This document shows positions 37,067 through 48,261 of a stretch of 64,000 bases of DNA, piece by piece. Position numbers and translations under genes: made by a program. The DNA is from an uncultured Gemmatimonadaceae bacterium (GTDB lineage Bacteria > Gemmatimonadota > Gemmatimonadetes > Longimicrobiales > Gaopeijiaceae): contig CAZRQE010000081.1 in assembly GCA_964602175.1 (NCBI GenBank), forward strand, positions 78,986 to 142,985, given 5' to 3'. The notes under the pieces are model-generated. The model was not told the DNA's origin and made no database searches. It was given only the letters and a program-made list of their open reading frames with translations. The first letter of the stretch is position 1, and each line of letters opens with the position of its first letter.

Positions 37067-38137
37067 ATGCGCCCGAACTGGAAAACGCTGCTTGGACTGG
37101 CGGTCGTCGCGGTCCTGCTGTGGTGGCTGTTTCGCGACGCCGATCTCGGGGAGGTGTGGGCCACGATTCGCACCGCCAATCCGTTCCTGCTCCTCGCGAC
37201 CTGCGTCGTGGCCATGGCCGGCTTTGCGGCCCGCGCGGCCCGCTGGCGCTTCCTGCTCGCTCCCGCGCAGTCCCACAGCCCCTACCGGTCGCGCTTCGCG
37301 GCGGTCTGCGTGGGCTTCATGGCGAACAACCTTCTGCCCTCGGGGCGGGTTGGGGAACTCGGACGGGCGTACGCCTACAGCAGGCTGGAGCCGGTGTCCA
37401 CGGCCACGGCTTTTGCCACCCTCATCGTCGAACGGCTGCTGGATGGCGTGGCCGTGTTCGCGCTGCTGGTGATCGCGGTCCTGAGCGCCACCTTCCCGGC
37501 TGAATCGCTGCCCGAAGTGCTCGTCGCCGGGATTCAGGGCGTGACGCTGGTCCTCGGGCTTGTCCTGGTGGGCGCCCTGGCGGTCGTCGCGTTTCCGGCC
37601 AGGAGCGTGGGTCTCTGCAGGGCCGTCGCCACGCGCATTCTGCCGCAACGCCTGGCTGCCGGCTTCGACGGGATCTTCCAGGGCATCGTGGCCGGGCTGG
37701 CTTCGATGCGGGGCTGGCGCCATATCGTACCCGCCCTGTTGTGGAGCTTCGTGGTGTGGATCATCCAGTCCCTTTCGTTCTGGATCGGGTTTGCGGCCTT
37801 CGGCATCGATCTGCCCTTCGCCGCCGCCCTGTTCACGAATGCGGCCATTGCGGTTGCGGTGGCGGTGCCCGCCCCACCCGGATACCTCGGGACATTTCAA
37901 CTTGGGGCATCGGTCGCGCTCGTCGAGGTCTACGCCGTCGCCGAAGAAGCCGCGCTCGGCTTCGCGGTCGGGTGGCATTTCGTCAACTTCTTCCCCGTCA
38001 CCCTGGCCGGACTGTGGTACGCCCGGCGAATCGGCATCACCTTCAGGGACTTCACGCGGCGCGGGAATGGTTCTGCGGGCGCATCGCGCAGCGGAGCCTC
38101 CCCGGAGGTGGGCGCGGCCGGGGGGACGCCCCGGTGA
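37067..38137 (+). CDS. Flippase-like / lysylphosphatidylglycerol-synthase-TM-region family membrane protein (UPF0104)
   Basis: Polytopic protein. N-terminal WKTLLGLAVVAVLLWWLFRDADL, RWRFLL and GELGRAY motifs typical of UPF0104 as recalled. Confidence 0.7.
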   Translation: MRPNWKTLLGLAVVAVLLWWLFRDADLGEVWATIRTANPFLLLATCVVAMAGFAARAARWRFLLAPAQSHSPYRSRFAAVCVGFMANNLLPSGRVGELGRAYAYSRLEPVSTATAFATLIVERLLDGVAVFALLVIAVLSATFPAESLPEVLVAGIQGVTLVLGLVLVGALAVVAFPARSVGLCRAVATRILPQRLAAGFDGIFQGIVAGLASMRGWRHIVPALLWSFVVWIIQSLSFWIGFAAFGIDLPFAAALFTNAAIAVAVAVPAPPGYLGTFQLGASVALVEVYAVAEEAALGFAVGWHFVNFFPVTLAGLWYARRIGITFRDFTRRGNGSAGASRSGASPEVGAAGGTPR

Positions 38138-39093
38138 GCCGGCACCCGCCGGTCGAGGACGGCGCCCGGGCCCGCGTCACGATCCAGTGCCCGGCCAAGG
38201 TGAACCTCTTCCTGCGCGTCCTGGCCAGGGAGGACACCGGGTACCACCAGATCGAGACGCTGTTCCAGGCGATCGGCCTGTACGATCGCATCGAGGCGCA
38301 GGCGGGAGACCCCGGAATTGCGCTGGACATCGTGCCGGGCGAGACAGCGGCCGGCCTCGGCGACATCGTGTCCGAACTGCGGGGACAGGACAACACGGTC
38401 ATGAGGGTGGCCCGTGCGTTCTTTGGCGCCACGCGGATCGCACCGGCGGTCTCGCTCGTCCTGACCAAGTCGATCCCCGCCGGCACGGGTCTCGGCGGCG
38501 CCTCCACCGACGCGGCCGGGACTCTTGTGGCGCTCGACACCCTGCATGGCCACCCGCTCGAGCCCGATCAGCTCCTCGAAATCGGCGGCACGATCGGAGC
38601 GGACGTGCCCTTCTTCTGCACCGGCTCGCCAACGGCGCTGGCATGGGGCAGGGGAGACCGCCTGCTGACCTGGCCGCCCCCACCCGTCGCCACCCTGGCC
38701 ATCATCATCCCGGGGGACCGGATCGCCACGGCCGATGCCTACGGTGAAGTCGCTCGCAACCTGCCTCTGCCGGCCGCTCCGCGGCGCCTGCCGGGTCTCG
38801 CCGAGTGGGCATGGGGAAGCATCGCCGCCCTCCAGGCCAACGACTTCGAGCCCGGTGCGTTTGCGCGCTTCCCCGTTCTCGCCGAAGCGCGGGCACTCCT
38901 GGAGGGGGAGGGCGCCCTGGTCGCCCGCATGACCGGAAGCGGGTCGGCGATCTTCGGGGTTTTCACCGATCCCGGCCGCGCCCGTCATGCGGCCCGCCGG
39001 GCGGAGACGATCCCCGGCGTGGTGGCGTCGTTCACGGCACCGACGCTGGAGGCGATGCCCCTTGCCCGGCGCGCGACCGCCCGGGGAATGTGA
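38134..39093 (+). CDS. ispE: 4-diphosphocytidyl-2-C-methyl-D-erythritol kinase
   Basis: PAKVNLFLRV, GHMP-kinase motif IPAGTGLGGASTDAAG, MTGSGSAIFG. GTG start overlaps the upstream stop (GTGA). Confidence 0.88.
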   Translation: MSRHPPVEDGARARVTIQCPAKVNLFLRVLAREDTGYHQIETLFQAIGLYDRIEAQAGDPGIALDIVPGETAAGLGDIVSELRGQDNTVMRVARAFFGATRIAPAVSLVLTKSIPAGTGLGGASTDAAGTLVALDTLHGHPLEPDQLLEIGGTIGADVPFFCTGSPTALAWGRGDRLLTWPPPPVATLAIIIPGDRIATADAYGEVARNLPLPAAPRRLPGLAEWAWGSIAALQANDFEPGAFARFPVLAEARALLEGEGALVARMTGSGSAIFGVFTDPGRARHAARRAETIPGVVASFTAPTLEAMPLARRATARGM

Positions 39094-39124
39094 ATCACGG
39101 TTTACAGGATGTAACTTACAGTTG
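39094..39124 (+). promoter_or_regulatory. Candidate promoter of tRNA-Gln
   Basis: ATCACG-N17-TACAGTTG, ending ~38 nt upstream of the mature tRNA 5' end. Confidence 0.28.
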
Positions 39125-39162
39125 ACACGATCGCCCCTGTCCGAGGCAGGCGGCGACGGACC

Positions 39163-39233
39163 TGGCCCGTGGTCTAATGGCAGGACACCGGTCTTTGGAA
39201 CCGGGGGTGGTGGTTCGACTCCACCCGGGCCAA
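39163..39233 (+). tRNA. tRNA-Gln (anticodon UUG)
   Basis: Hand-folded cloverleaf. Acceptor TGGCCCG/CGGGCCA (U1:A72). D-stem GTCT/GGAC. Anticodon stem CCGGT/ACCGG with loop C-T-TTG-G-A. T-arm GGTGG-TTCGACT-CCACC. CCA is not encoded. Confidence 0.85.
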
Positions 39234-39284
39234 TGGTCGACAGGATCCAGTGGTCGAAACGCCAGGTCATTCAGCGGGACAAAC

Positions 39285-41120
39285 ATGTCGATTCCCATGC
39301 CGTTGACCGCCGCGCTCCTGACCTGTTGCGGTCTGGTCGCGGCGACGCCTGCGCAAGCGTTCGGTTCCGGCGCCGGCGGAATTGCCGAGCGGGCCCGCCC
39401 CGGCTTCCCGGCGTCGGCCGCCACCACTGCTCTCCTCCAGGCCCAGGCCGCGGCCGACTCGGCCGACGCCCACTCCCGTGCGCGCTCCCTGCAGACCCGC
39501 TTCGAGCGCCGGCGCGTGCGGGACCTCCCCCGCACCCTCGGCGGGGGCAGCCACCCCTGCGACGCGATCATCGGGCGGCTGTGCATCTGGGACGACGGCA
39601 ACGAGGACTGGGAACCCCGCCCGGAGCCCGAGTCGATCAGGGGCAGGCGCCTCGAGCTGCTCACCGAACTGGCGTCGCTGGCGCGCGCGGCCCCGGGAGA
39701 CCACTGGATCTTGGGCCAGCGCATCCGCTACAGCGTGGAGGCCGGACTTCTCGCCGAGGCGGAGGCGCTGGCCCGCCGGTGCGGACTCCCGGCACGTTGG
39801 CGCTGCGACGCGTTCCTGGGCTACGTCCAGCACCACCAGGAGGACTTCGTCGGAGCGGAGTCCGCCTTCGCGCGAGCGCTCTCGGCGATGCCCGCGGACA
39901 CGGCGGGCAGCTGGTCCGATCCCCATCCGCTGCTGGGCGGGGAACTTCGCGAATGGCTGGAGGCCCAGCCCGACTCCGCCGCGGCCGCCCGGCGGCTGTG
40001 GACGCTGGCCGATCCCCTGTACCTCGCGGACGGCAACGAACGGTGGAGCGCGCACCTCAGCCGGCGGGTCTACGCGATGAGTTCCGACGGAGCCATGAGC
40101 CCCCACCAGTTGCGCTGGGGCGAAGACATGACCGAGGCGGTGGTGCGCTACGGGTGGCCGGTCGCGTGGGAGCGTTCGTGGCCCCGTGCGGGGCAGAGCA
40201 CCATACAGGTCACCGGACGCGATCCTCCGGCTTCCGTGCGCACGCTTCCGCCCCGCGACGTGCTCGACGGCGGTCCCGACAGCGTCGACGCGGTGGTGTG
40301 GGAAGTCCCCGACGGTCACGCGCAGAGTGTCTATCTTCCCACCTACCTGGACACGATCGGCTCGCTCGACGGACAGACGGGCAGGTTCTGGCGCCGCGAT
40401 GGCGTGATCCTGATCGGCGTGGCGACCATTCCGGATCCACCGGCGGGCGCGCTGCCCCCGGAGCCGGACCCCCCGCCGGGCACACCGCCCGTGGAGGTGG
40501 TCGAAGCCGGCCTGTTCGTGGAGACCGGAGGCGTGGCGCGTACGCTCGGGCGCGCCGTCGCCGAGACTGGTGACGTTGTGCGCCTGTCGGGAATGGCGCC
40601 CTTGGCGGATCGGGGCGTCGTGAGCCTGGAGGCCTGGGCGCCCGGGCACCGCCTCGCACATCGCATCCGTCAGGGCATCGGACTCAGGCGGCTTCCGCCC
40701 GATCTCCTGGCCATCTCGGATCTCGTGCTGCTCGAAGCCGGGGCGGAGCCGGACGGCGTCGAGCCGATGCTCGATGTCGTCAGGGCGTCCACCCACGTAG
40801 CCGCCGACGAGGAACTGACCGTGGCGTTCGAGGTCTACGGCCTCGGTTTTCGCGCCGAGGGCATCGGCTTCAGCGCCTGGGTCGAACGGCGCAACGAGGG
40901 CGCGCTGTCGCGGTTCGGCCGCTGGCTGCGCGTGCGGGGCCCCCGCGAAGAAGTGTCGATTCGCTGGGAGGAGAGCGGTCCGGAACGCCCCGAGCCGCTC
41001 TTCCGGACGTTGCGGCTCGGGCTTCCGGGACTCGACCCCGGCGAATACCAGGTGGTGCTCGAAGTGTCGGTGGCGGGAAGGGCGCCGCTCGTGGGACGCC
41101 GTGCCTTCACGGTCTGGTGA
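39285..41120 (+). CDS. Hypothetical secreted protein, possibly GWxTD-domain-like
   Basis: Signal peptide MSIPMPLTAALLTCCGLVAATPAQA. The segment RLWTLADPLYLADGNERWSAHLSRRVYA...RWGEDMTEAVVRYGWP resembles the FW..DP...N...GWxTD..G...YG.P pattern of GWxTD domains (from memory, weak). Confidence 0.55.
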   Translation: MSIPMPLTAALLTCCGLVAATPAQAFGSGAGGIAERARPGFPASAATTALLQAQAAADSADAHSRARSLQTRFERRRVRDLPRTLGGGSHPCDAIIGRLCIWDDGNEDWEPRPEPESIRGRRLELLTELASLARAAPGDHWILGQRIRYSVEAGLLAEAEALARRCGLPARWRCDAFLGYVQHHQEDFVGAESAFARALSAMPADTAGSWSDPHPLLGGELREWLEAQPDSAAAARRLWTLADPLYLADGNERWSAHLSRRVYAMSSDGAMSPHQLRWGEDMTEAVVRYGWPVAWERSWPRAGQSTIQVTGRDPPASVRTLPPRDVLDGGPDSVDAVVWEVPDGHAQSVYLPTYLDTIGSLDGQTGRFWRRDGVILIGVATIPDPPAGALPPEPDPPPGTPPVEVVEAGLFVETGGVARTLGRAVAETGDVVRLSGMAPLADRGVVSLEAWAPGHRLAHRIRQGIGLRRLPPDLLAISDLVLLEAGAEPDGVEPMLDVVRASTHVAADEELTVAFEVYGLGFRAEGIGFSAWVERRNEGALSRFGRWLRVRGPREEVSIRWEESGPERPEPLFRTLRLGLPGLDPGEYQVVLEVSVAGRAPLVGRRAFTVW

Positions 41121-41133
41121 CGCCAGCTTCAGA

Positions 41134-41165
41134 CTCACATCAGGATTGGCGATTCGCTACATTAT
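41134..41165 (+). promoter_or_regulatory. Candidate promoter of prs-ctc-pth
   Basis: CTCACA-N18-TACATTAT in an AT-rich intergenic island. Confidence 0.3.
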
Positions 41166-41215
41166 ATGGCTGTCACCGAAACGTTGACTCCAACACCATA
41201 CCTCCCCTCCCGGCC

Positions 41216-42205
41216 ATGGACGAAACCACCGGACGCGGACCTCTGCTCCTGCTTGCGGGACGGGCAAACCGTCCCCTTGCGCGGGAGATCGCCGACATGC
41301 TGGGCACGTCGGCGGAAGGGGTGACCATCTACAACTTCGCGGACGGAGAGATCTTCGTTCGCATCGACCGCAACGCGCGCGGGCGCGATGTCTTCATCCT
41401 CCAGCCGACCGTGGCGGGGGCCGACAACATCCTGGAACTGCTTCTTCTGGTGGACGCGGCCAAGCGAGCTTCGGCGGCCCGCGTGACGGCCGTGGTCCCC
41501 TATTTCGGCTACGGACGCCAGGACCGGAAGGACCAGCCGAGAGTCTCGATCGGAGCCAAGCTGGTCGCGAACCTCATGGTGGCGGCCGGGGCGGACCGGG
41601 TGGTCAGCATCGACTTCCACCAGCACCAGATCCAGGGCTTCTTCGATATTCCGGTCGACCACCTCTACGCGGCACCGGTATTCACCGCCTACTTCCGCGG
41701 GAAGGAGTTGCCGGACCTGGTCGTGGTGGCTCCGGACGTGGGCTCGGCCAAGATGGCACGCGGGTTCGCAAAGCGCCTCGGCGCCTCCCTCGCGATCATC
41801 GACAAGCGGCGCCCCGCGGCCAACGTCTCCGAGGTGCTCAACGTGGTCGGCGACGTGGCCAACCGCACGTGCCTCATCACCGACGACATGATCGACACCG
41901 GCGGCACGATCGCGCAGGCCGTCCAGGCCCTGATCGACCGGGGGGCGCGCAGCGTGTACGTGGCCGCCACCCACGCCCTGCTCTCGGGCGAGGCGGTCGC
42001 AAGGCTCTCGGCCGCCCCGCTCGAGGAAATGGTCGTCACGAATACCATCGACATTCCCGAGTCCAAGAGATTCGACCGCCTCAGAGTGCTTTCCGTGGCG
42101 GACCTCCTGGCGCGGGCGATCACCTACATTCACTCGAACGCGTCGGTCAGCCAGCTGTTCGAACTGAGAGACAAAAAAGACCCGCCGAAGATCGCTCTGG
42201 CCTGA
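41216..42205 (+). CDS. prs: Ribose-phosphate pyrophosphokinase
   Basis: FADGEIFVRI, VPYFGYGRQDRK, PRPP loop ITDDMIDTGGT. Confidence 0.93.
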   Translation: MDETTGRGPLLLLAGRANRPLAREIADMLGTSAEGVTIYNFADGEIFVRIDRNARGRDVFILQPTVAGADNILELLLLVDAAKRASAARVTAVVPYFGYGRQDRKDQPRVSIGAKLVANLMVAAGADRVVSIDFHQHQIQGFFDIPVDHLYAAPVFTAYFRGKELPDLVVVAPDVGSAKMARGFAKRLGASLAIIDKRRPAANVSEVLNVVGDVANRTCLITDDMIDTGGTIAQAVQALIDRGARSVYVAATHALLSGEAVARLSAAPLEEMVVTNTIDIPESKRFDRLRVLSVADLLARAITYIHSNASVSQLFELRDKKDPPKIALA

Positions 42206-42233
42206 GCGCTTCGGGCGGCGCAGGGAAAACGAC

Positions 42234-42887
42234 ATGGAAGCGAAACTGAATCTCCTGAGACGCGGCGAATCCGGTAAGGGCGCCGCACGCAAGCTCCGCC
42301 GGGCCGGGCGCGTCCCGGGCGTCATCTACGGTGGCGGGGACGAACCGGTGATGGTCTCGATGGAGGCCCGGGAGACACTGCAGCTTTTTCAGTCCATCCC
42401 GGTGGACAACACCATCCTCAATCTCTCGCTCGACGGGGAAGCGAGCCGCGAACAGGCGCTCGTGAGGGAAGTGCAGGTGCACCCCTACCGCACCGAGCTC
42501 CTTCACGTCGACTTCATTCGCGTTCAGCGCGGCGTTCCGATCGAGGTGCACGTGCCGGTCCATCTCATGGGTCTGCCGGACGGCGTGCGCAACGAGGGGG
42601 GAGTTCTCGAACACGTCGCGCACGACATCACCGTCAAGTGCATCCCGTCCCTCATTCCGGAGGCGATCGAGGTGGACGTGACCGGGCTCGGGATCGGGGA
42701 TGTGCTGAGGGCCGGCGACCTCGCGATGCCGGAAGGGGTGGAGAACCTCGTCGATCCCGAGCGCATGATCTGCGGTGTCGCAGCCGCGAGGCTGACCCCC
42801 GAAGAGTTGGAGGAGGAGGAAGAGGGAGTCGAGGCCGAGCCCGGGTTGGAGACCCCGACGAGTGAGTCCGACGGGGACCAGGATTGA
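42234..42887 (+). CDS. rplY: 50S ribosomal protein L25 / general stress protein Ctc
   Basis: RKLRRAGRVPGVIYG, HPYRTELLHVDF, long acidic C-terminal tail. prs-ctc-pth synteny. Confidence 0.9.
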   Translation: MEAKLNLLRRGESGKGAARKLRRAGRVPGVIYGGGDEPVMVSMEARETLQLFQSIPVDNTILNLSLDGEASREQALVREVQVHPYRTELLHVDFIRVQRGVPIEVHVPVHLMGLPDGVRNEGGVLEHVAHDITVKCIPSLIPEAIEVDVTGLGIGDVLRAGDLAMPEGVENLVDPERMICGVAAARLTPEELEEEEEGVEAEPGLETPTSESDGDQD

Positions 42888-43534
42888 GTCCGGCGGGCGC
42901 TCCCGGTCCGGATTCTTCACGTCCCTCGCCCGATGCACCGTCCCCCCCGGAGGACGTGGACGGCTCCCGGCTCAAGCTGGTCCTGGGATTGGGCAACCCC
43001 GGCCGGGAATACGACTCGACACGCCACAACGTCGGCTGGTGGGTGCTGGACCGGTTTGCCTACGACCATGGCCTCGAGGCCTTCGAGCGGCGGGGACAGC
43101 GGCTCGAGACTGCAGGCACGATCGGGGGGCGGGAGATCCGGCTGGTCAAGCCCCGAACCTACGTGAACCGCAGTGGTCTCGCGCTTGCGGCGCTTCGGCA
43201 GACCGCGGGCTTCGAGACGGCGCGGGACCTGCTCGTCGTGGCCGACGACACGAATCTGGACGTGGGACGGATCCGGTTCCGTCCGGGCGGGGGGGCTGGC
43301 GGCCACAAGGGTCTCAGGTCGGTGACCGCCGTGCTGGGAACCCGAACCTACGCCAGGTTGCGGATCGGCGTGGGACTGGCGCCCCCGGGCACCGACCTGG
43401 CGGCCTGGGTCCTCTCGGCGATGCCGGAGGAAGACGAGGACGTGGTGGTGGCGCTTCTGCCGGAGCTGAGCCGGGCCGTGGGCGTCTGGGCGGAAGAGGG
43501 GGTGGAAGTCGCGATGAACCGCTTCAACCGATGA
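42884..43534 (+). CDS. pth: Peptidyl-tRNA hydrolase
   Basis: LVLGLGNPGREYDSTRHNVGW, GGHKGLRS. The TTG at 42884 gives a ~25-aa Pro/Ser-rich extension; an internal GTG at 42956 is an alternative start. Confidence 0.9.
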   Translation: MSPAGAPGPDSSRPSPDAPSPPEDVDGSRLKLVLGLGNPGREYDSTRHNVGWWVLDRFAYDHGLEAFERRGQRLETAGTIGGREIRLVKPRTYVNRSGLALAALRQTAGFETARDLLVVADDTNLDVGRIRFRPGGGAGGHKGLRSVTAVLGTRTYARLRIGVGLAPPGTDLAAWVLSAMPEEDEDVVVALLPELSRAVGVWAEEGVEVAMNRFNR

Positions 43535-43561
43535 ACCCTACAACACAGGAAGCATGAAGCC

Positions 43562-45625
<2,064 letters not shown>

Positions 45626-45665
45626 TGATGCGCGCGGCCATCTTCCCGCCGACGGAGCTTCGGCG

Positions 45666-46895
45666 ATGAGCGCGCGGAGGAGCGCTTCGTTCGACGGCGC
45701 GGTCGCGTTCGCGCAGGACCTGATCCGCATCCCGTCGCTGCCGGGTGAAGAGGGGGAGCTCACCCGCCGGGTCATCGCCGAGATGGAGGCGCTGGGCTAC
45801 GACGACGTCTACACGGACGAACTCGGCAACGCGATCGGGGTCGTGCGGGGCGGAGCCGGCGCCACGGTCATGCTGAGCGCCCACCTGGACATGGTCGCGG
45901 CCGGCGACCACGACGAGTGGGAATACCCGCCCTTCGGCGGTGTCATCGCCGACGGCTGCCTGCATGGACGCGGGGCCATGGACATCAAGGGACCGCTGGC
46001 GCTGCAGGTGCATGTGGCCGCGGCCCTGCGCGGCAGGGTGCCGGGAGACATCATCGTCGCCCACCCCGTCTACGAGGAACGCGGCGGCTGGGGAATGGAC
46101 TACCTCACCCGGGTCGACGGCGGTCTCAATCCCGACGTGGTGATCATCGGGGAGTCCACGCACGGCGACATCGCGATCGGCCATCGCGGCAGGTGCGAAG
46201 TCGAGATTGTAGGGTACGGTCTGGCGGGCCACGCCTCCGCTCCGGATCGCGCCCGCAACGCGCTCGACCTGGCGCCGGCGATCCTGGCGGGGGTCAGGGA
46301 CCTCGCGTCGGCCCAGGAGGCCGATGACGTGCTCGGCCGCGCCTCGGTGGTGGCGACCGGCATTGATGCCGTCCCCGCCAGCCTGAACGTGATTCCGGAC
46401 CGCATCACCGTCACCCTGGACTGGCGCATTCTTCCGGGAGACACCGAGAACAGCCTGCTCACGCGGGTACGCGACGCACTGCAGCCGCACCTGAGACGCC
46501 TGGAGGCCGACGGCTGGCCCGGCGCCGGCAAGTCCGTGGACGTGCGCGTCGCCACCGAGCGCCAGCGCGCATATACGGGCGTGGAGGAGGAACGCAGCAT
46601 CCTCAGCCCCGGATTCCTCATGGAGCCCGATCATCCCGTGGTCCTGGCGGCCGCGCGGGCGGTGGGGAAGCGAGGTGCGAACGGATCCGAGGCCCCGGCT
46701 GCCGTGCGCCCGTGGACCTTCGCGACGGACGGAGGATGGACCTGCGGGGTGCGCGGCATCCCCACGATCGGCTTTGCCCCCGGCGAGGAACGCTACGCCC
46801 ACACCAACACCGAGCGTCTGGATCTGGAAGAGGCGCGGTGGGGCTATGCCAAATACCTGGAACTGGTCCCCGCGGTGCAGACGGCCGGGGGCTAG
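45666..46895 (+). CDS. M20 family metallopeptidase/deacylase (ArgE/DapE/YgeY-like)
   Basis: [39 protein letters not shown] pattern. Confidence 0.8.
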   Translation: MSARRSASFDGAVAFAQDLIRIPSLPGEEGELTRRVIAEMEALGYDDVYTDELGNAIGVVRGGAGATVMLSAHLDMVAAGDHDEWEYPPFGGVIADGCLHGRGAMDIKGPLALQVHVAAALRGRVPGDIIVAHPVYEERGGWGMDYLTRVDGGLNPDVVIIGESTHGDIAIGHRGRCEVEIVGYGLAGHASAPDRARNALDLAPAILAGVRDLASAQEADDVLGRASVVATGIDAVPASLNVIPDRITVTLDWRILPGDTENSLLTRVRDALQPHLRRLEADGWPGAGKSVDVRVATERQRAYTGVEEERSILSPGFLMEPDHPVVLAAARAVGKRGANGSEAPAAVRPWTFATDGGWTCGVRGIPTIGFAPGEERYAHTNTERLDLEEARWGYAKYLELVPAVQTAGG

Positions 46896-46933
46896 CGAGG
46901 CAGGCCGTCAGGGATCGCGTCGCTCACGCGCAC

Positions 46934-46958
46934 CCGCCGCCCGCTGGTCGCGCGGCGG
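46934..46958. terminator. GC-rich hairpin between convergent genes (possible bidirectional terminator)
   Basis: CCGCCGC-N11-GCGGCGG, a 7-bp stem. No flanking U-tract, so intrinsic-terminator status is weak. Confidence 0.2.
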
Positions 46959-46965
46959 TCCCGAC

Positions 46966-48048
46966 TCAGTCCATCGGGACGGTCCGGAGCACCTTTCCTT
47001 CGACACGATCGAAGATCTCGTCCAGGCTCGTCCCGGTCACCGTCAGCCCGTGGTTTTTCAGTCCCACGACGCATCGGTTGGGGTCGTCGGCCTCGCGCAC
47101 GATGTCGGCGACCGCCTGGCCGAGTTCGCGCGTCCCGCACGGGTAGTTGAACTCGGTCGACGGAATCCCCTCCATCCAGCCGTGGAAGTGCAGGATGGCG
47201 CCGATCCCCGGGTGCTCGCGGTAGATCATCCAGTGCTCGATCGCATCCACCGAGACGCGCCTGGGCTCCACGCCCGGCGGGTGGCTCACCACCATGGCGT
47301 TCCGTTCGGGATCGTAGTCCTTGACCATGAGAATGTCGCGGCCGATTTCCCGCAGGTTGGATTTGTCAACCCCGCTGGCGCTCATCCAGAACCACTTGTC
47401 GTCGAAGCGCGCGGAGACGTTGCCGTAGGAAAGACCGCCGATGCCGAAAATCCGCTTCACGTGCCGGAAGTCGCGCGGCGTCAGAACCTCGTCCATGGGG
47501 AAGGGCGCGGGCAAAAGGTCCAGTTCGTCCAGCTTCCGGCCGGCGCGGTAGATCGACCGGGTGATGTCGTCCCCGTCCCAAAGTTCCTCGGGAAGATCCG
47601 GCTGGAAGGCGTTGTCGATCACCAGCGTCGACGAGGCCATGGGTTCGATCCGGGCGTAGACCCGCTCGAAATAGGCCCCGGTCTCGGCGTTGCCCGGCAC
47701 CACGTAGTGGCCCTGCTCCATCGTGATGAAGTGGGCGTCCGGATCCCCGCCGGACGACGGGATCAGCCCGACGGCCAGATTGGCCAGGGCGCGCAGCAGG
47801 GTGGGGTAGCCCTGCACAATATGCTCCGTGAACGGAACCGGGAACTCCGTAACGGCACAGACGAACACGGCCTGCGCCTGCCGTCGAAACGGCTTCGGGC
47901 GTCCCTTCGGAAAGAAGTTGAAGACGAGCTTCGCCTCGTCGGACCGGGCGGTGTAGCGGTGGCCCTCCGCCTCCATGACCGTCCGCAGTCCCCGGGAGAA
48001 CCACCGGAAGGTGTCGCTCTCAGGCGACCCGACGAAAGCAAATGTCAT
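46966..48048 (-). CDS. Class II aldolase/adducin-domain protein with an uncharacterised ~170-aa N-terminal domain
   Basis: The C-terminal half has class II aldolase zinc-ligand-like histidines (ILHFHGW, KNHGLTVTG). The N-terminal half is not recognised. ATG at 48048 lies 9 nt after GAGGG. Confidence 0.7.
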   Translation of the reverse strand: MTFAFVGSPESDTFRWFSRGLRTVMEAEGHRYTARSDEAKLVFNFFPKGRPKPFRRQAQAVFVCAVTEFPVPFTEHIVQGYPTLLRALANLAVGLIPSSGGDPDAHFITMEQGHYVVPGNAETGAYFERVYARIEPMASSTLVIDNAFQPDLPEELWDGDDITRSIYRAGRKLDELDLLPAPFPMDEVLTPRDFRHVKRIFGIGGLSYGNVSARFDDKWFWMSASGVDKSNLREIGRDILMVKDYDPERNAMVVSHPPGVEPRRVSVDAIEHWMIYREHPGIGAILHFHGWMEGIPSTEFNYPCGTRELGQAVADIVREADDPNRCVVGLKNHGLTVTGTSLDEIFDRVEGKVLRTVPMD

Positions 48049-48158
48049 GGGACGATACCCTCGGTGCATGGTGTTCGCGAACCGTACAAAAGGTTCACAC
48101 AAAGCGCCGGAGCGCAACCCCTCGCGAAGCGACCGCCGCAAGGCATCGTGTCGGACAC

Positions 48159-48190
48159 TTCACATTGTCAGGCGTCTCTGGCTACATTTC
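48159..48190 (+). promoter_or_regulatory. Candidate promoter of the rpsF/R-rplI-rsfS-smc operon
   Basis: TTCACA-N18-TACATTTC. Same architecture as upstream of prs and tRNA-Gln. Confidence 0.3.
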
Positions 48191-48204
48191 CCTGACCATG
48201 TCCC

Positions 48205-48225
48205 GCTCCGCCGGGGAAGCGGAGC
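48205..48225 (+). promoter_or_regulatory. Stem-loop in the rpsF/R 5' leader
   Basis: Perfect 7-bp stem GCTCCGC/GCGGAGC with a 7-nt loop CGGGGAA, ~37 nt upstream of the ATG and downstream of the candidate promoter. Confidence 0.3.
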
Positions 48226-48261
48226 CCGTCATCACACACGGTCCGAGGGAGTTCCCATCGC

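Noticed and set aside
41183-41197. Possible att-like direct repeat of the tRNA-Gln 3' end downstream of the inserted gene.
   Set aside because: The match is essentially a 7-mer (GACTCCA) plus GTT with a gap. There is no integrase or other mobile-element gene, so chance similarity cannot be excluded.
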